Assembly (NCBI RefSeq): GCF_009914755.1
Contig: NC_060930.1
DNA from: the human T2T-CHM13v2.0 reference genome, Homo sapiens
DNA length: 64,000 bases
Direction: 5' to 3' (one strand)
The position numbers and the translations under genes were made by a program. Below the pieces are notes generated by a model, which saw only the letters and a program-made list of their open reading frames with translations, was not told the origin of the DNA and searched no databases. Of this stretch, positions 60,283-64,000 are shown one piece after another. The number at the start of each line of letters is the position of its first letter. The first letter of the stretch is position 1.

Positions 60283-63200
60283 TTAAGCATATCCATTAGA
60301 ATTATTATTACTATTATTCAAGCCAGCAGTTATTATGTGTCTCCTGTTGTTCTAAGTGCTTTTCACATATTAATTTATTTAGTGCTTGTAATAACTCTAT
60401 GAAGTGATTGCCATTATTATCTTCATGTAAAATATGGGTACACTGAGGCACAGGCAGGTGAAGCAGCTTGTCAGATAGTGAGTCACAAGCTGGCACTTGG
60501 ATCCAGGTGTCTTTAGAACCTCCTTTTTTATTCATCCTTCCATTATGGACTCTCCTCTATTCTGCGTGGTAATGCTATTCAATCTCCTGAGAGATATTCC
60601 TTTGGGAAAATGCTTCTGTGAGACACCAAGATAGGCCACCACTAAACTCTGGAGCTGAGCCCCACCCTGTCACCATATTCGTAGATATTTGAGTCCCTGG
60701 GTTCAATGTCGGAAGTGTGTCTAAGTATATGCCCTTTGGTTGGTTTGAGCCAGGCTGTTAATTATTCCTACAGGGATAGAAAAACCTTGGTTTGGGGCTT
60801 GTTGTTATAAATCCCTAATGCAACATGTTATTTCCACTATTTAATAATATTTTAGTAAAAATAATTTTTTAACTCATTTTTTCTAGTCTTTTCTTCATGA
60901 AAAAAACAACCGATGCCTAAATGGTCTTGCATATCCCTCAGAGAAGTCTAATCTATGGTAGTCACCAATGTTACAGATTTAAAAATTTTTATTGGCTTGG
61001 CTTCAATTTCCATTAAGAAAAACAAAAATTCCCCTGAAGTAATTTATCCACTTATTTGGATGAATTATTTCAGGGGAAGTTTTTCTTTTTACATTTTTTA
61101 TTATGTAAAGATTATTTTAAAGAATTATTCTGGTGACATAATAATAATATTTCAGAGGAAAACAGCAGGTAACTAGTTTTGACGTTGGCCCCTTCACTAT
61201 TTTCTTTCCTCCTTGTCTCTGCCTGGGCCTATGTTTATTGAACTCCACAGAATGCCAAGACAGCATTTGTAAAGGGGGATTTATTTAACTCTGGGTGAGT
61301 TGTACAAATGCAATAATGTGGCCCAACTCTTGTTTAATTTTGAAGGCTCTCTCCTAGACAACATCGCTCATAATGGACGGTTCAAGCCAAATTATCCATT
61401 ATTGTTCCCAAAGTTTACAATTAAACTATCGATCAAAACTGGCAGTGATTTCTCCAGCAGCCTGAGCTTAGAAGCAGCTGAATTACATCAGAACACGAGT
61501 GTGTGGAGCCAGAAGGTGACACAGACAGACAGATACCAGACAGACAGTGGCACCTTCTACCAACCACCCTGGGATCCAGCCTTTGGTAATTTTCCTTGAG
61601 CCGAGAAGCAGGCTGCCACCCCAGCTATGTAGAGTGGGTTTGCGGTTTTAATAGCCAGAGGTGCCCGCAATTTGCGACCTCTATCCCTGGCTGTAAAAAT
61701 TGGAGTTTAACAGGTTCGGCTCCATGGGGAACCAACCTCAGCTTTTAGGCTCCTTCAGACACTGCAGAATGCATCTTTTCTGGGGAATTCCACAATAAAA
61801 TGACTGTTATTTATCATTACAAACCTCTTTATCATTTAGTCAATAAAAGGCCTCTCTCTCTCTCACTTTTTTTCCTGTGGCGTGCTCAGTCAGAAATCGG
61901 TATTAGTCTCTCCTGGCCTGAAGGCAGGAGATGTCAAAAGCTAAATCATGATCTACCCTGGCTTCCTGGCTAAATTGTGTATGAAGGCCTGAGGCAAAAA
62001 GGTACACATGCTCATTATTTGAAACTGAGATTTTCCCCCCCTCTTTTAGTTTTTCTTTCTTTTTCTCTTTCTTCTTTTTACATATTGAGACATATAATAC
62101 ATACGTGGCTCAGAAGACATCTGATATAAAACACGAGAAGAGCTTGACATGTCCCCTTCATATATTTTCTGATCAAGAAATAAAAAGTGAATTGTAATCT
62201 GAAAAAAAAGGACAGTGGACTTCACCTCTTGAACTTTTTGCTCACGGTGAAAAAAAAAATGTTGCTTATGACTGGGTGTCAGTAACAGATTCCTTCCAAA
62301 AGGAGTGCCAACCTCAAGAAAGGCAGATCTTTAGTTGAGCATAAATAGTGTTATTTTTTACTTGCACAGAGTAAGAGGAATCCATTCCTTTAGATCTGCA
62401 AATAAGGTTTGCCTTGGAATTCCCTCACTTCATACAGCACTTCTGTGGTAGCTGCGTGGTGGGGGGTGTCAGTCCCAAAAGGTCAGTAGGAATGCCGAGG
62501 TAACAATGTCTTTGGACATAACGTATTTGGAGTGGTTCCTGCAAAGCCAGCTATCCTGATTATGGTCTGAAGCATCACGTTTCAACCAAAAGTAAAATTT
62601 GGTGGTTTTAGATGTCCTTTTCATTAAATTGTCATGTGTATGCCCTCTCTCCTGATTTTTACACATGACAAACCACTCTTTGGGGACACGGGTTTGTTCA
62701 TTACTTTATTGTGTTTTGCAGTCAAGGCAGAGTCTGAGCTTATTCTAGGTGCCAGATACCATGCCACCCAAGGGGACAGACCTTGTGAATAAGTAAGGAT
62801 TATCAAGCATGATGAGGTTTGTCGGGAAAAGCTTTTAATGACCCTAATTACAGAGACACATGTCCAATTGTTTCATTTCTAATGGGTCAATCTACAAAAT
62901 AAGTAATAAAATTTCAGGGGACCTCTGTTGTTAAAACCTTGATATTTTCTCCCTGAATATCTTATTCCTGGAGGAGGTAACATTCAGAAGCATAGAAACC
63001 TATATTTTTAGAGCTAAAAATAGAGAATATCTTGTTCCATACTGCTACTTAGAAATTAAGGCTTAAAGAAAGAAAACTAACACAAAGCAACAACAACAAC
63101 AAAACTGTCTGAACATTTAACAATTTTAGGAACTGAAACTTGGATTCCTGTCCGTACATCAATCTCCTTTCTATATGATATGTTCAGTCTTATCCTTTTT

Positions 63201-64000
63201 TGTATAGCCTTTACCAAAGATACATTCAAGGATTGCTTGGCAATGACGAGAAGACAGAGCAAGAAATTGCCTTAATGGTATCAGACACTACTCATTGTCA
63301 TCATTTGCTCACCTGTGTTCTTCTTAAAGATGAACAAAAATTACACAGGTCTTGGATGCATTAGCTGGGAAGTTCACTTTGGCTATAGAGCTAAATACAT
63401 ATTTATTTACATATTTAGATCTCGCTGTATGTATATATGTCTAAGTATATATATGTGTATATCTCACTAAGTATAGTGAGATATATATAGAGAGAGATCT
63501 CACTATATATATACAGTGTTATCTAAATATATAAATAAATATGTGTTTATTTATTATGTATATATTTAAGTATGTAAATATATATATGTGCATACACACA
63601 CAACTGTGCACACAGACGCACACTTTTTGTCTTTGCTATTGGTCAGGGCCCTGAAATGTTGATGCTTACTTATTATCCCTTACATAACATGGACAAATGA
63701 AAAGCATTTGCTTTTTTCCTGGCCTTCTGATTTTATTTGACTGGCTTGCAAGCTGCCCTTCCAAGTAATCTCCAGAGTGGATCAATGGTACATAATTCTG
63801 ATCTGCAAGGCAGAGGAGCCAATCTCCAAAAAAACTTAATCATAGGTGTGGCCCTATTAATCTTCAAGGTTAATACAAACAAATCTTGGTGGGGAAAACA
63901 GATCATGTTGTATGAACCTGTGTGTGTGTGAAGAACTCCATTATGATGTGAAATTATCTCAAGTACAACAACTGTCTCCCAGTTCTAACCAGGTCACAGT

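Overview
Primate (human/great-ape-like) non-coding genomic DNA, AT-rich and dense in repeats. I found no host protein-coding exon I can support and cannot name the locus. The main feature is a full-length L1PA2-type LINE-1 on the minus strand (21888-27928, 16-bp TSD) with intact ORF1, an ORF2 broken by six lesions, and an open antisense ORF0. The rest is Alus, solo LTRs (LTR47-, MER57- and THE1-like), a MER97-like DNA transposon, old L1M/L2/MIR relics and microsatellites. Tracing target-site duplications (TSDs) reveals two composite retrotransposition events. (1) 49748-51816: a twin-primed L1PA3/4 insertion whose L1 part is inverted and which carries ~1.5 kb of 3'-transduced sequence. (2) 28483-29323: an AluYd fused to ~550 bp of unique polyadenylated sequence inside one 15-bp TSD, either an Alu-linked transduction or a template-switch chimera. 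These are real structural signals of known mechanism classes. I see no evidence of a wholly new biological system. Repeat subfamily calls come from recalled consensus sequences and need RepeatMasker/Dfam confirmation.
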